Source: a bacterium (lineage in GTDB: Bacteria > Hinthialibacterota > Hinthialibacteria > Hinthialibacterales > Hinthialibacteraceae). Taken from it: a stretch of 12,077 bases of DNA. The position numbers and the translations under genes are program-made. The stretch covers positions 1 to 12,077 of the forward strand of contig CAXXSM010000127.1 of the NCBI GenBank assembly GCA_963663405.2. Reading direction: 5' to 3'. This document shows positions 1-8,362 of the stretch, piece after piece. The first letter of the stretch is position 1; each line of letters begins with the position of its first letter. The notes under the pieces are model-generated. The model was not told the DNA's origin. It worked only from the letters and a program-made list of their open reading frames with translations, and made no database searches.

Positions 1-907
1 TTGATCCAACTTGCTGCAGTCAAAACGGAGGCGCTCATCATAACCGGTCCAGGGCCAGACGTCTTTTCCATCACCGTTGACGTTCATCGTAAGAAAATAA
101 ACGCTGTTCATTCCTTTACCGGCGAGATAATTCAACGCGCCTATCAGATTCTTGCCTTTAGCGCCTTTCCAAGAGGGATCACCCCCGCTTCCAATCCTTC
201 GCATGAGGCTCATAGCGGTGTAGTGATTGATTGTGATCCGCTTCGCCTTCCTTCTTGTCTTGATTCCGCCCACCAAATTCTGTCTGATCGAAATCAACAT
301 AGGCTAAAAGATTTTCCGGGCTGTCCGCTCCGCCTTTGAGATAGAAATCCTTTGTCTCACTGAATTGAAGGTAGCGGGAGCCGATAAAACGAAGCAAACC
401 TTTCGCACGGAAGTCACGGCCCTCTTTATCGGATGGATCAACAGCGAACGATCCCCGCGCGCCGTCAAAAGCGGTTGATACGCCAGCGAGGGGATCAAGA
501 CTGGTAGCGATCCGTTCCCCGGTCCGGAACGAGGCGCGGTATTTCCAGATCCCCTCTTCATTCGGACAGAAATGAACACGCCATACGTTCCCTTGATCGG
601 CGCTCGAATCGGCGGCGTATCCATCCGCCGCATAATACCCGGGAACAGTGATCTCACGATCGCCTTTCGAGAAAGTTACATTAAGCCGGTAATTTAAAAA
701 TGGATTCGGATTCGCCGATTCACTCGTCTCCGGCCCGTTGAATGTGATGGTAATCCGATGCCATTTCTTCAATTCACCCCAGACGGTCCCGTTTTCCCCT
801 TGCGAAGACGCCATCACGTCCCACATCGTGAAGAAAAGCGTCCCCACCGCGAAGAAAAACACGATTACGGTATACGCGATCCCATTCCTTCGTTTTTGCG
901 CGCGCAT
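1..907 (-). CDS. DUF5060-domain secreted protein (putative glycoside hydrolase-like); runs off the window; one apparent frameshift at C5 run 182-186
   Basis: N-terminal hydrophobic segment, then [48 protein letters not shown], as I recall for DUF5060 proteins. Removing one base from the run at 182-186 continues the frame as ..[66 protein letters not shown] to position 1. GGAAGGA RBS precedes the ATG at 907. Confidence 0.8.
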
Positions 908-986
908 TGTTCGATCCTTCCATAAAAAGTTTTTACCAGCGCTGTTCGATCATTAAATCATAGGTTCAAACGGTGGCAAAGGCGAA

Positions 987-2435
987 TCATTCAACGCGCT
1001 GATTGTTTTCAACGGACGCTGCGCCGGGAGAAATGATACACTCTCCACGCAGAAGATTGCCGGTAATCATATTGTTTGTCCCTTTCGTCAATCGCAGCGC
1101 GGGATAGGGTTCCACCATCGGTTTATCATGATGAATCAAGCAACCAGCGATGCGCGAGAGATGAACGTCATCCAGGATAATTCCACCATCCTTGCAATTG
1201 AGAATCGTACAATTGGTGATATTGAACCGGCGGCATCGTTCGAGTATCAAACCGGCCTGTGGTTGCAATGTTCCATTGAGATGAAGACCGGTCAACGTAC
1301 AATCGGCGCAATCCCGGAAAAGAATCCCATTATGTGAATCATAAGGTTGATAATCAGGATTCCGGTCGAATAGATTAGGCCCTACAACAATATTCGAACT
1401 TTCTTCCACGAACAAATCCCGCTCGAATCCCTTCCATATTGTATTACTGACGATCGACACGCCACGCGCATGTTTCAGATGCACGTTCGTACCCACGTCG
1501 CTCAATACATTATCCGCAATCACAAAGTTACCCACTTTCTGCGGTTCTTCGGCGCTGCGGCCTAGGAAACGGATATTAGCGGAATGGGGAGCGAGATGAG
1601 AATGCTGTATCGTACACCCCACAATGGCCCCCTCCCGCACAGAGCCAACCGCTGTGTCAATCAAGATATTAGCCGTGGGAGCCCCGTCAGCATCCATATT
1701 GGCTTCAATATCACAAACACCAATTTGAAGATTTCGTATCTCACTTTCGCGAATCACGATCCCCCCACCCTTGTTATAACTAATGTGGCAGTTCGTGATA
1801 TTGATCTGATGGAGATTGAGTCGATCGAGATAGATCCCCACACCCCGGTTCCCATAGATATGGCAATCCGAAAGAATCACATTGCGGTTGCGGCGGGTCA
1901 GGTGAATTCCATGCGACGCCCGGCGGATCGTAACGCGGGAAACAGTCAGTTGCATCGTTCCCATCGCCTCGATTCCAACCGCGTCTGGATGCGCGCCGAC
2001 GATTTCCAACCCGGTAACCATTGGCGTGCGCTGCCTCAGCCATACATTTTCCTTCACCGTCTCCGGATCGGCGGTTCCCTCATGCGTTCCGATCAACTGA
2101 ATCGCGGGTCCGGAACCGGCCATCCGGATCGTCGCAGACCCATCTCCTGTGATTGCTATGGGTCCCACGCGGTCCAGTTCGACGACTATGGGCTGGGTGA
2201 TGAGATAGGTTCCACGGGGAAAACGGATATCCCCGGCCCCCTCATCCACCGCCCGTTGAATCGCGGCGGTGTCATCACTCTTCCCATCGCCCACCGCTCC
2301 ATAATCACAAACAGTTCTCGGAGCGTCCGCTCCACAATGAGGACCCATCAACAGCGCGGCGATCGCGCTGTATAAGAGTAAATCAACGCGTCCAATCCAT
2401 TCTCTAAACCAATTACGCCGAACGAGATAATTCAT
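987..2435 (-). CDS. Right-handed parallel beta-helix protein (pectate lyase 3 / GH28-like fold), probably exported
   Basis: DYGAVGDGKSDDTAAIQRAVD..FPRGTY N-terminal motif and repeated beta-helix coils (NVILSDCHIYGNRGVGIYL, INITNCHISYNKGGGIVI, FNITNCTILNCKDGGIIL). Start placed at 2435 from AAAGGA spacing; the ORF track gives 2444. Confidence 0.85.
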   Translation of the reverse strand: MNYLVRRNWFREWIGRVDLLLYSAIAALLMGPHCGADAPRTVCDYGAVGDGKSDDTAAIQRAVDEGAGDIRFPRGTYLITQPIVVELDRVGPIAITGDGSATIRMAGSGPAIQLIGTHEGTADPETVKENVWLRQRTPMVTGLEIVGAHPDAVGIEAMGTMQLTVSRVTIRRASHGIHLTRRNRNVILSDCHIYGNRGVGIYLDRLNLHQINITNCHISYNKGGGIVIRESEIRNLQIGVCDIEANMDADGAPTANILIDTAVGSVREGAIVGCTIQHSHLAPHSANIRFLGRSAEEPQKVGNFVIADNVLSDVGTNVHLKHARGVSIVSNTIWKGFERDLFVEESSNIVVGPNLFDRNPDYQPYDSHNGILFRDCADCTLTGLHLNGTLQPQAGLILERCRRFNITNCTILNCKDGGIILDDVHLSRIAGCLIHHDKPMVEPYPALRLTKGTNNMITGNLLRGECIISPGAASVENNQRVE

Positions 2436-2542
2436 AACCATCATCCTTTCAAACCAAATTCAATTTCATCCGCGTCTACAAAATACCATAGCGTCCCCGT
2501 TCCAGTAAACGTTTAAAAACAGAAACACGGCGCCTGGTGTGA

Positions 2543-2570
2543 TTGACAGAGGGGGATAAATCTGTAGAGT
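2543..2570 (+). promoter_or_regulatory. Candidate sigma70-type promoter for the Gfo/Idh/MocA gene
   Basis: Perfect TTGACA (2543-2548), 16-bp spacer and TAGAGT (2565-2570) in the divergent intergenic region. AAGGAG RBS at 2598-2603. Confidence 0.5.
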
Positions 2571-2611
2571 TCATTTAGGCAGAAAAACTTTCGGTAAAAG
2601 GAGACGTTCAA

Positions 2612-3616
2612 ATGGTAAATAATTTCGCAAAACACACTGCCCTTTGTTTGTGTATCGGCCTACTATGCTGCGCGGGCATGGCCGCTTCTGCGAGCGAACA
2701 AGGTGGAGAAAAAGTAATTCGTCTGGGGATGATTGGACTCGACACCTCGCACGTCATAGCCTTCACAAGAATCTTGAACGATCCCCAAAACCAGGATCAC
2801 GTGCCCGGCGCGAAAGTGGTGGCGGCGTTCAAAGGGGGAAGCGCGGATATTCCATCCAGCGCCGACCGCGTGGATGGCTACACCGAACAACTCCAAAACG
2901 ATTGGGGCGTCGAAATCGTCGATACAATTCCAGAATTGTGCAAGAAAGTCGACGGTATCCTTATTGAAAGCGTGGACGGGCGCCCGCACCTTGAACAAGC
3001 CCGGCCCGTCATTGAAGCGGGACTGCCCTTCTTTGTTGACAAACCGGTCGGCGGGAGTTTCGAAGACGTGCTCGAAATCGCGCGGCTGGCGAAACGCGCC
3101 GGCGTGCCTTGGTTCGGCGGCTCCAGCCTGCGCTGGTGGAGCGGAATGCGGGAAGCGATCGATCCCGAAAAAGTGGGGGACATCCTCGGCTGCGACGCGT
3201 ATTCCCCCTGCAGCCTTGAACCTCATCATCCCGACTTGTTCTGGTACGGCGTACATGGGATGGCGATCTTATACGCCGCGATGGGACCTGGTTGCAAGAC
3301 CGTCCAGCGCGCCTCAACGCCCGATTCTGAATTCGTCACCGGCGTTTGGGAAGATGGACGCATCGGCACATTCCGGGGCACACGCAAAGGCAAACACGGC
3401 TACGGCGCGACAATTTTCGGAACCAAGGGAATCACAACGGTCGAAGGCCATAGTTACAAAGGGCTCGTTGAACAGATCGTCAAATTCTTCCAAACGAAAA
3501 AAGCGCCTATTACCCCCGAAGAGATTGTCGAAATCTACGCGTTCATGCAAACCGCCGACGAAAGCAAACACCAGGGCGGAAAACCCGTCGCGCTTCCTAA
3601 ATTCTCTTTGGATTAA
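2612..3616 (+). CDS. Gfo/Idh/MocA family oxidoreductase with N-terminal signal peptide
   Basis: Rossmann-like start IRLGMIGLDTSH, then ESVDGRPHLEQA, FVDKP (the family EKP position), SSLRW and WYGVHG. Sec-like signal ending near AMA/ASA. Good RBS. Confidence 0.9.
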   Translation: MVNNFAKHTALCLCIGLLCCAGMAASASEQGGEKVIRLGMIGLDTSHVIAFTRILNDPQNQDHVPGAKVVAAFKGGSADIPSSADRVDGYTEQLQNDWGVEIVDTIPELCKKVDGILIESVDGRPHLEQARPVIEAGLPFFVDKPVGGSFEDVLEIARLAKRAGVPWFGGSSLRWWSGMREAIDPEKVGDILGCDAYSPCSLEPHHPDLFWYGVHGMAILYAAMGPGCKTVQRASTPDSEFVTGVWEDGRIGTFRGTRKGKHGYGATIFGTKGITTVEGHSYKGLVEQIVKFFQTKKAPITPEEIVEIYAFMQTADESKHQGGKPVALPKFSLD

Positions 3617-3665
3617 ACAAAACATTAAATCTCATAAAGAATCCGCCTTCCTATCATAATATACT

Positions 3666-3690
3666 GAACGCGGTCATAATCTGCGTTTCT
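3666..3690 (+). terminator. Possible weak terminator hairpin after the Gfo/Idh/MocA gene
   Basis: AACGCGG-tcataat-CTGCGTT stem (one G:U) followed by only a short pyrimidine tail. Confidence 0.25.
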
Positions 3691-3783
3691 CGTTCACCTA
3701 AAACCAGTCCATTGATAGCATATACATGAATCGATAAGATCTAATTATGACACTTGTTTTAGAATTGGAACAAAAAAAATCAA

Positions 3784-3868
3784 GGGTGCCCAGGGCAAGG
3801 CGTTTTTCTGCCCTGGCTACGTTCCGAAAATTATGCAAGGGGAGAAAAAAGCCTTCCCCTTGCTACCC
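3784..3868. repeat. REPIN-like doublet: two inverted REP-like hairpins
   Basis: Hairpin CCAGGGCA(3790-3797)/TGCCCTGG(3809-3816), and an inverted copy GCAAGGGGA(3835-3843)/TCCCCTTGC(3855-3863) that reads GTAGCAAGGGGAAGGCTTTTTTCTCCCCTTGC on the minus strand. Confidence 0.75.
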
Positions 3869-4001
3869 AGCTAATTATATATATATTCTGTGCGATCGTT
3901 ATCTTCGTTTCTCATTACTAGAAACAAGCCCGTTGAAAGTTAAATATGGATTGAAAAGCTCAGATTATGCCCGCGCTCAGTATAGAAGAAGGAGAAAAAC
4001 A

Positions 4002-5072
4002 ATGAAACGGCGTCAATTTCTTCAAACCGCAGCGATCGTGGCTGGAGGCGTGTCCCTCACAAAATCCAGCGCAGCGGCGAAAAGCCCATCCGTCTCCGCC
4101 GCGAAGCTGCCCCGCTGGCGTGGATTCAATTTACTCGAAAAATTCACCCAACGCCGCAACAGCCCCTATGTGGAGCGGGATTTTGAATGGATGGCGGAAT
4201 GGGGATTCGACTTTGTCCGCCTCCCTATGGATTACCGCTGCTGGATTGATCCGGACGATCCCCAAAAATTGGATGAGAGCGTTCTCAAGCATATCGATCA
4301 GGTTGTCGAATGGGGAAAACAGTATTCGATTCACATAAACTTGAACCTGCACCGCGCGCCGGGTTACTGCGTCAATCCCCCCAAAGAAAAACTCGATCTT
4401 TGGACCTCGCAAGAAGCGCTGGATCAGTTCCGCTTCCAATGGAACCAATTCGCGCAACGGTACAAAGGAATTCCCAACGAACGCGTCAGTTTCGACCTGC
4501 TCAACGAGCCGAACGCTTCGATTCTGGAAGAGACGTACGGACACGTCATGCGATGCGCCACGCAAGCGATCCGCGAAGCGGATCCAGACCGCTTGATCAT
4601 CGTAGACGGTCTCCGGTGGGGCCGCGAACCGGTTCTCTCCCTTGTGGATTTGAAAGTCGCGCAGAGCACACGCGGCTACGATCCGATGCGAATCAGCCAC
4701 CACAAAGCCTCATGGATCAACGATTCCGATAACTGGCCGGAACCCACCTGGCCATTGAAACAAAACGACGGCATATGGGATAAAGAAAGATTGAAAAAAG
4801 AGAAAATCCAACCGTGGAAGGAACTGGAAGCGAAAGGCGCGGGCGTCCATGTGGGTGAATGGGGAGCGTACCGATACACACCGCACACCGTCGCGCTGGC
4901 CTGGATGGAAGATTTCCTCTCGCTGTGGAATGAAGCGGATTGGGGCTGGTCGATGTGGAACCTGCGCGGCGCGTTCGGCCCGGTGGATTCTCAACGGGAT
5001 GATGTGAAATACGAAACATTCCACGGACATTCCCTCGATCGAAAAATGCTGGAACTGCTAAAACGGTACTAA
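4002..5072 (+). CDS. Glycoside hydrolase family 5 (cellulase family) with Tat signal peptide, 356 aa
   Basis: MKRRQFLQTAA Tat motif after an AAGGAG RBS; WRGFNL, GFDFVRLP, NLHRAPG, FDLLNEP (acid/base Glu), HVGEWG (nucleophile Glu), WGWSMW. Confidence 0.92.
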   Translation: MKRRQFLQTAAIVAGGVSLTKSSAAAKSPSVSAAKLPRWRGFNLLEKFTQRRNSPYVERDFEWMAEWGFDFVRLPMDYRCWIDPDDPQKLDESVLKHIDQVVEWGKQYSIHINLNLHRAPGYCVNPPKEKLDLWTSQEALDQFRFQWNQFAQRYKGIPNERVSFDLLNEPNASILEETYGHVMRCATQAIREADPDRLIIVDGLRWGREPVLSLVDLKVAQSTRGYDPMRISHHKASWINDSDNWPEPTWPLKQNDGIWDKERLKKEKIQPWKELEAKGAGVHVGEWGAYRYTPHTVALAWMEDFLSLWNEADWGWSMWNLRGAFGPVDSQRDDVKYETFHGHSLDRKMLELLKRY

Positions 5073-5198
5073 AAAAAATCCCCACCAAATAACGCTCCCA
5101 TAAAATCTCACAAATAATCAGCCATCATCACGTTTTCAATAAAACCTTCAAGCAATCAATACGTTTAATTCATGTAGAGTCAAATCAAAATTCATTAA

Positions 5199-5488
5199 TA
5201 ATTACGGCTCTTCCGGCAAGTGAGTACGTTTCTCAACAATCCATTCTTTTTTTGTAGGAAATTTAGAAGTCCAGCGTTGCTTTGTCAGAATCCTTATCGT
5301 CTGAACCTTGATTTATTTGATTTGCATGATTTTCTTGATTTTTAAATCAGGGTAATCCTATAATCCTTTTAAGACAGCGCCAGCTGGCTGGCTTTTAAAT
5401 CAGAGTTCAGACGATTAAACCATCCTGAACAAAGATCGCAATTTCTCAAGATTATTTATGTACTCAATTCCCGGATAAACCATAATTA
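5199..5488. mobile_element. MITE-like non-autonomous element, ~290 bp, with imperfect terminal inverted repeats
   Basis: TAATTACGGCTCTTCCGGCAAGTGAGTAC (5199-5227) matches the reverse complement of GTACTCAATTCCCGGATAAACCATAATTA (5460-5488) at 23/29 positions. Further internal inverted arms; no ORF. Confidence 0.55.
5296..5415. repeat. Palindromic element with 9-bp-periodic GATT/AATC arms
   Basis: Ends ATCGTCTGAACCTTGATTTA / TAAATCAGAGTTCAGACGAT pair at 18/20. GATT at 5310, 5319, 5328 and 5337 is mirrored by AATC units on the right arm. Confidence 0.75.
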
Positions 5489-5535
5489 CATTCCAAACAT
5501 GTTAGCGCTATGCCATATCGCCATAGGAGACTGTC

Positions 5536-6399
5536 ATGACACCTCGCATTCAAAAACACGAAACGCCCTATTTACTCTTCATAATTCTGATTAGCCTCTC
5601 CATCACCATTCCCTGTTATGGAATGGGAACCGAGACCGTCGGTTCAAAGAACTGGGAACGCGATTTCATCCCCCATCCCTCCCGTGTGTATACGCAATGG
5701 GTAAACGGCAATGAACGGTTTTATTATCAGTGCGATGAAAAAGAAATAGTGGAGATAATTAATCAATTTGTAAACATGGAAATTGAACGGCATGAAGTCA
5801 TCTTCCGGCCTGAGAAAGGGATAGCGATAACATTCGAAAACAAACGAATCCCATTTAATCTCACAGTCATGAATCCAAGCGGATTGTACCTCCATCACGC
5901 GAAAGAGAACCAACACAAGGGATTCTATACAACCATTCCTCAACTAACCATTTACATTGATTCCCTCGAAATGCTGAAGCGGCTGGAAACAATCGATCCG
6001 CTCAAGAAAATCCATCCTCTCTACGTAACATACAACATGGATAAAATCTTGCGCCAATTAACAGAGGGAACAACGGATTACGACCGGGCCAATGGAGCCT
6101 ACTATATCAGCTTAATCGGCCCTGAAGCAGAACCAACCATCGACACACTTGTCAACGCAATGAAAGATCAATCCGAATCCGTTCGAGCCCAGTCCGCGCG
6201 AGCGCTGGGCGAAATCGGCGTCAAAAACGAAACGACCCTGCGCGTATTAACTCAAGCCAAAAACAAGGACAGCGATCGAGTACGTCAAACCGCGGCCGAA
6301 GCGTTGAATAAACTGAAACAATCCATGAGCAAAGAAGAATTATCAAAACGCGAAACACTCCGAAAAGCGATTCAAGAATTCATAGAGCGTCTCAAATAA
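5536..6399 (+). CDS. Exported protein with an unrecognised N-terminal domain and C-terminal HEAT (PBS-lyase-type) repeats
   Basis: AGGAG RBS; hydrophobic N-terminus LLFIILISLSITIPCYG; HEAT repeats LVNAMKDQSESVRAQSARALGEIG and LTQAKNKDSDRVRQTAAEALNKL. Confidence 0.8.
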   Translation: MTPRIQKHETPYLLFIILISLSITIPCYGMGTETVGSKNWERDFIPHPSRVYTQWVNGNERFYYQCDEKEIVEIINQFVNMEIERHEVIFRPEKGIAITFENKRIPFNLTVMNPSGLYLHHAKENQHKGFYTTIPQLTIYIDSLEMLKRLETIDPLKKIHPLYVTYNMDKILRQLTEGTTDYDRANGAYYISLIGPEAEPTIDTLVNAMKDQSESVRAQSARALGEIGVKNETTLRVLTQAKNKDSDRVRQTAAEALNKLKQSMSKEELSKRETLRKAIQEFIERLK

Positions 6400-6434
6400 C
6401 TTACATTCATACCTTTAAAAAAATACTAATACGG

Positions 6435-6465
6435 ATGGCAAGGGCAAGGTTTTTTCTACCCTTGT
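6435..6465 (+). repeat. REP-like hairpin copy (degenerate)
   Basis: ATGGCAAGGGCAAGGTTTTTTCTACCCTTGT, same family as the copies at 3784-3868 and 8284-8316; ~35 bp after the HEAT gene stop. Confidence 0.7.
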
Positions 6466-6477
6466 GGCAGAGTAGCG

Positions 6478-6551
6478 AAGGATATTCAGGATTTTTTCTA
6501 GGAACTTCATCCTGTTCATCCTTTAATCCTGTCTATCCTGATTCTGACAAA
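6478..6551. repeat. Second, left-truncated 9-bp-periodic palindromic element (GGAT/ATCC arms)
   Basis: GGAT at 6480 and 6489; ATCC at 6509, 6518, 6526 and 6535; ends GATTCTGACAA, resembling the GAGTTCAGACGA end of the 5296-5415 element. Confidence 0.6.
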
Positions 6552-6696
6552 AACACATTGATTATTATCCTATCCAGTATCAATATTTCAAAAACACCAC
6601 CCTTGGCTTTCCCACAATTCTATGAAAAATAATCAGGAGGGAGAGACTGCTGTCTTCGCGATCTACAAATGAAAAAATGGAATGGGAGAGGTGACG

Positions 6697-8215
6697 ATGC
6701 GTTTACAAACGATTCTTGCCATAGGAATTCTCATGGCGCTATGCCTGCCAGCCGAAACCAACGGAGCCGAACCGGTTAACATAACAATCCGCGCGATCTC
6801 ATTGGATAATCAACAGTGTATCCCCTGCAAAATCCGTCTAGAGAAATTAGACGGAACGCCCATCCTTCCTGAAGGGGAATACGACTACCGCAAATGGTTC
6901 CCCATCCGGGGCGAGAAAGAGATCACGATCGAACCGGGACGCTATATTTTACGCGCGTCACGCGGAATTGAATCCATTCCCACACGACGCGAAGTGGAGA
7001 TCACACAAGATGGGCAGACACTCACCGCGTCCATTGGCCGCTGGATCAACATGAACGAACGCGGCTGGTGGTCGGGCGATACCCACATCCACCGCCCACT
7101 TCACATCATCGCCGATTTGATCCTTGCGGAAGACCTCAACATCGCGCCCGTGCTGACGTATTGGAACGATACGTCGATGTATAAAGACGGCGAAACACCT
7201 TCAGCGCCCACGTACGCCGCCGACCCACATCACATCTACAGCGTAATGAACGAAGAACACGAAAAACGGGACGGCGCGGTGATGATCTTCAATCTAGAAT
7301 CGTTCCTCAAAGTCGCTGGATATGGCCCCCATGCGCCGGACGCTCTCGCGCTCATCCAAGAGACACACAAACAAGGAGCCTGGGTGGAAATCGAAAAACC
7401 ATTCTGGCCCGATACGCCTTTATGGCTCGCGCTTGGAAACGCGCATTCCACGGGTATCGTCCACAATCACTTTTACGAACTGGACACCATGAACAACGAA
7501 GCCTGGGGAAGAAAGCGTGATCCCTGGTACTCCAAAAAACCGGTTGGCTTAGCGCATTACGTGATGGATCTCTATTACAAAGCGCTCAACTGCGGATATA
7601 GGCTCGCGGCGGTGGGTGGTTCGGCGTCAGGTGTATTGGATAATCCAATAGGGCAAAACCGGACCTACGTCTACCTAGGGCGATACATTCTCTTACGGCG
7701 CTTGGTACAAAGCCTTGAAAGAAGGAAGAAATTTCGCCGGCAACGGCCCAATGCTATTTGCCAAAGTGAACGGAAAACACCCCGGCGCTTCGTTCAAACA
7801 AGGAATCGATCTCCAGCTGGACATCACAGCGATCAGCATGAATGGAATCACGAAGATCGAATGGATCGCCGATGGACAGATTCTCGCCTCCTATCAAATC
7901 GATCCACCCCGCCGCGAAGTGCGCATCCAAGACCAAACCGTTTCAGGCGGCGTCCACTGGCTGGCGGCGCGGGTATTTGGAGAATCGAACGATAAGATCG
8001 CGCGGTTCGCTCACACCAGCCCCTTCTACATCGAAGGGACAAATCCCGCCGCTTCGCATCCAGAAGATGTCCGCTTCTTCATTGATTGGCTCGATCAACG
8101 AATCAAAGAACAGGACAATCCCGAATTAATCCCCGAAGAAGCGGTCCGGAAAGAACGAATTCAAAACCTGCAAAAAGCCCGAAAAGTATTCGAATCAATG
8201 CTCGGAGAGGAGTAG
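6697..8215 (+). CDS. CehA/McbA-like PHP-fold metallohydrolase with signal peptide (~505 aa); one apparent frameshift at GGG 7678-7680
   Basis: GWWSGDTHIHR (HxH metal motif), EIEKPFW, GIVHNHF, YYKALNCGYRLAAVGGSASGV..NPIGQNRTYV. Removing one G joins the two ORFs as RTYVYLGDTFSYGAWYKALKEGRNFAGNGPML. GGAGAGG RBS before the ATG at 6697. Confidence 0.8.
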
Positions 8216-8283
8216 AAAGAACGAGTTACTCAATAAATAAGTACAATACAGACCTTTTTCAATTATTGAAAAGATAGGAGAGA

Positions 8284-8316
8284 GTGGCAAGGGCAAGGTT
8301 TTTCATCTGCCCTTGC
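8284..8316 (+). repeat. REP-like hairpin copy between convergent genes; may also act as a terminator
   Basis: GTGGCAAGGGCA-AGGTTTTTCATC-TGCCCTTGC with a perfect 9-bp stem. Its downstream flank (TAAATTCCAAACTACATGCGAG) resembles that of the 3790 copy (TACGTTCCGAAAATTATGCAAG). Confidence 0.75.
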
Positions 8317-8362
8317 TAAATTCCAAACTACATGCGAGCAATGTGATAAAACGACGTCCACC

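Noticed and set aside
1584-2375. 263-aa plus-strand ORF and other overlapping ORFs (1-339, 2663-3256, 2874-3659, 4131-4703, 9630-10007 etc.)
   Set aside because: Antisense or alternative-frame shadows of well-supported genes, with no recognisable motifs.
3747-4001. 85-aa N-terminal extension of the GH5 ORF
   Set aside because: It reads through the REP doublet and AT-rich intergenic DNA; the RBS and Tat signal fix the start at 4002.
5281-6551. Perfect 12-bp inverted repeat TTTGTCAGAATC / GATTCTGACAAA flanking the HEAT gene, suggesting a cassette
   Set aside because: The left copy lies inside the MITE-like element and has a nearer partner at 5422-5439; the right copy is the end of the second periodic element. 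No target duplication seen. Not fully excluded.
6435-6632. 65-aa ORF MARARFF..
   Set aside because: It is a translation of the REP hairpin and the periodic repeat; no RBS or protein-like features.
7678-7995. Programmed frameshift or two-gene arrangement in the metallohydrolase
   Set aside because: No slippery heptamer; one extra G explains it, matching the other indels, and the post-shift tail of the first ORF is not protein-like.
3784-8316. Repeats as a CRISPR array or integron attC sites
   Set aside because: Copies are kilobases apart with whole genes between them, there are no regular spacers or cas genes, and the RYYYAAC..GTTRRRY ends of attC are absent.
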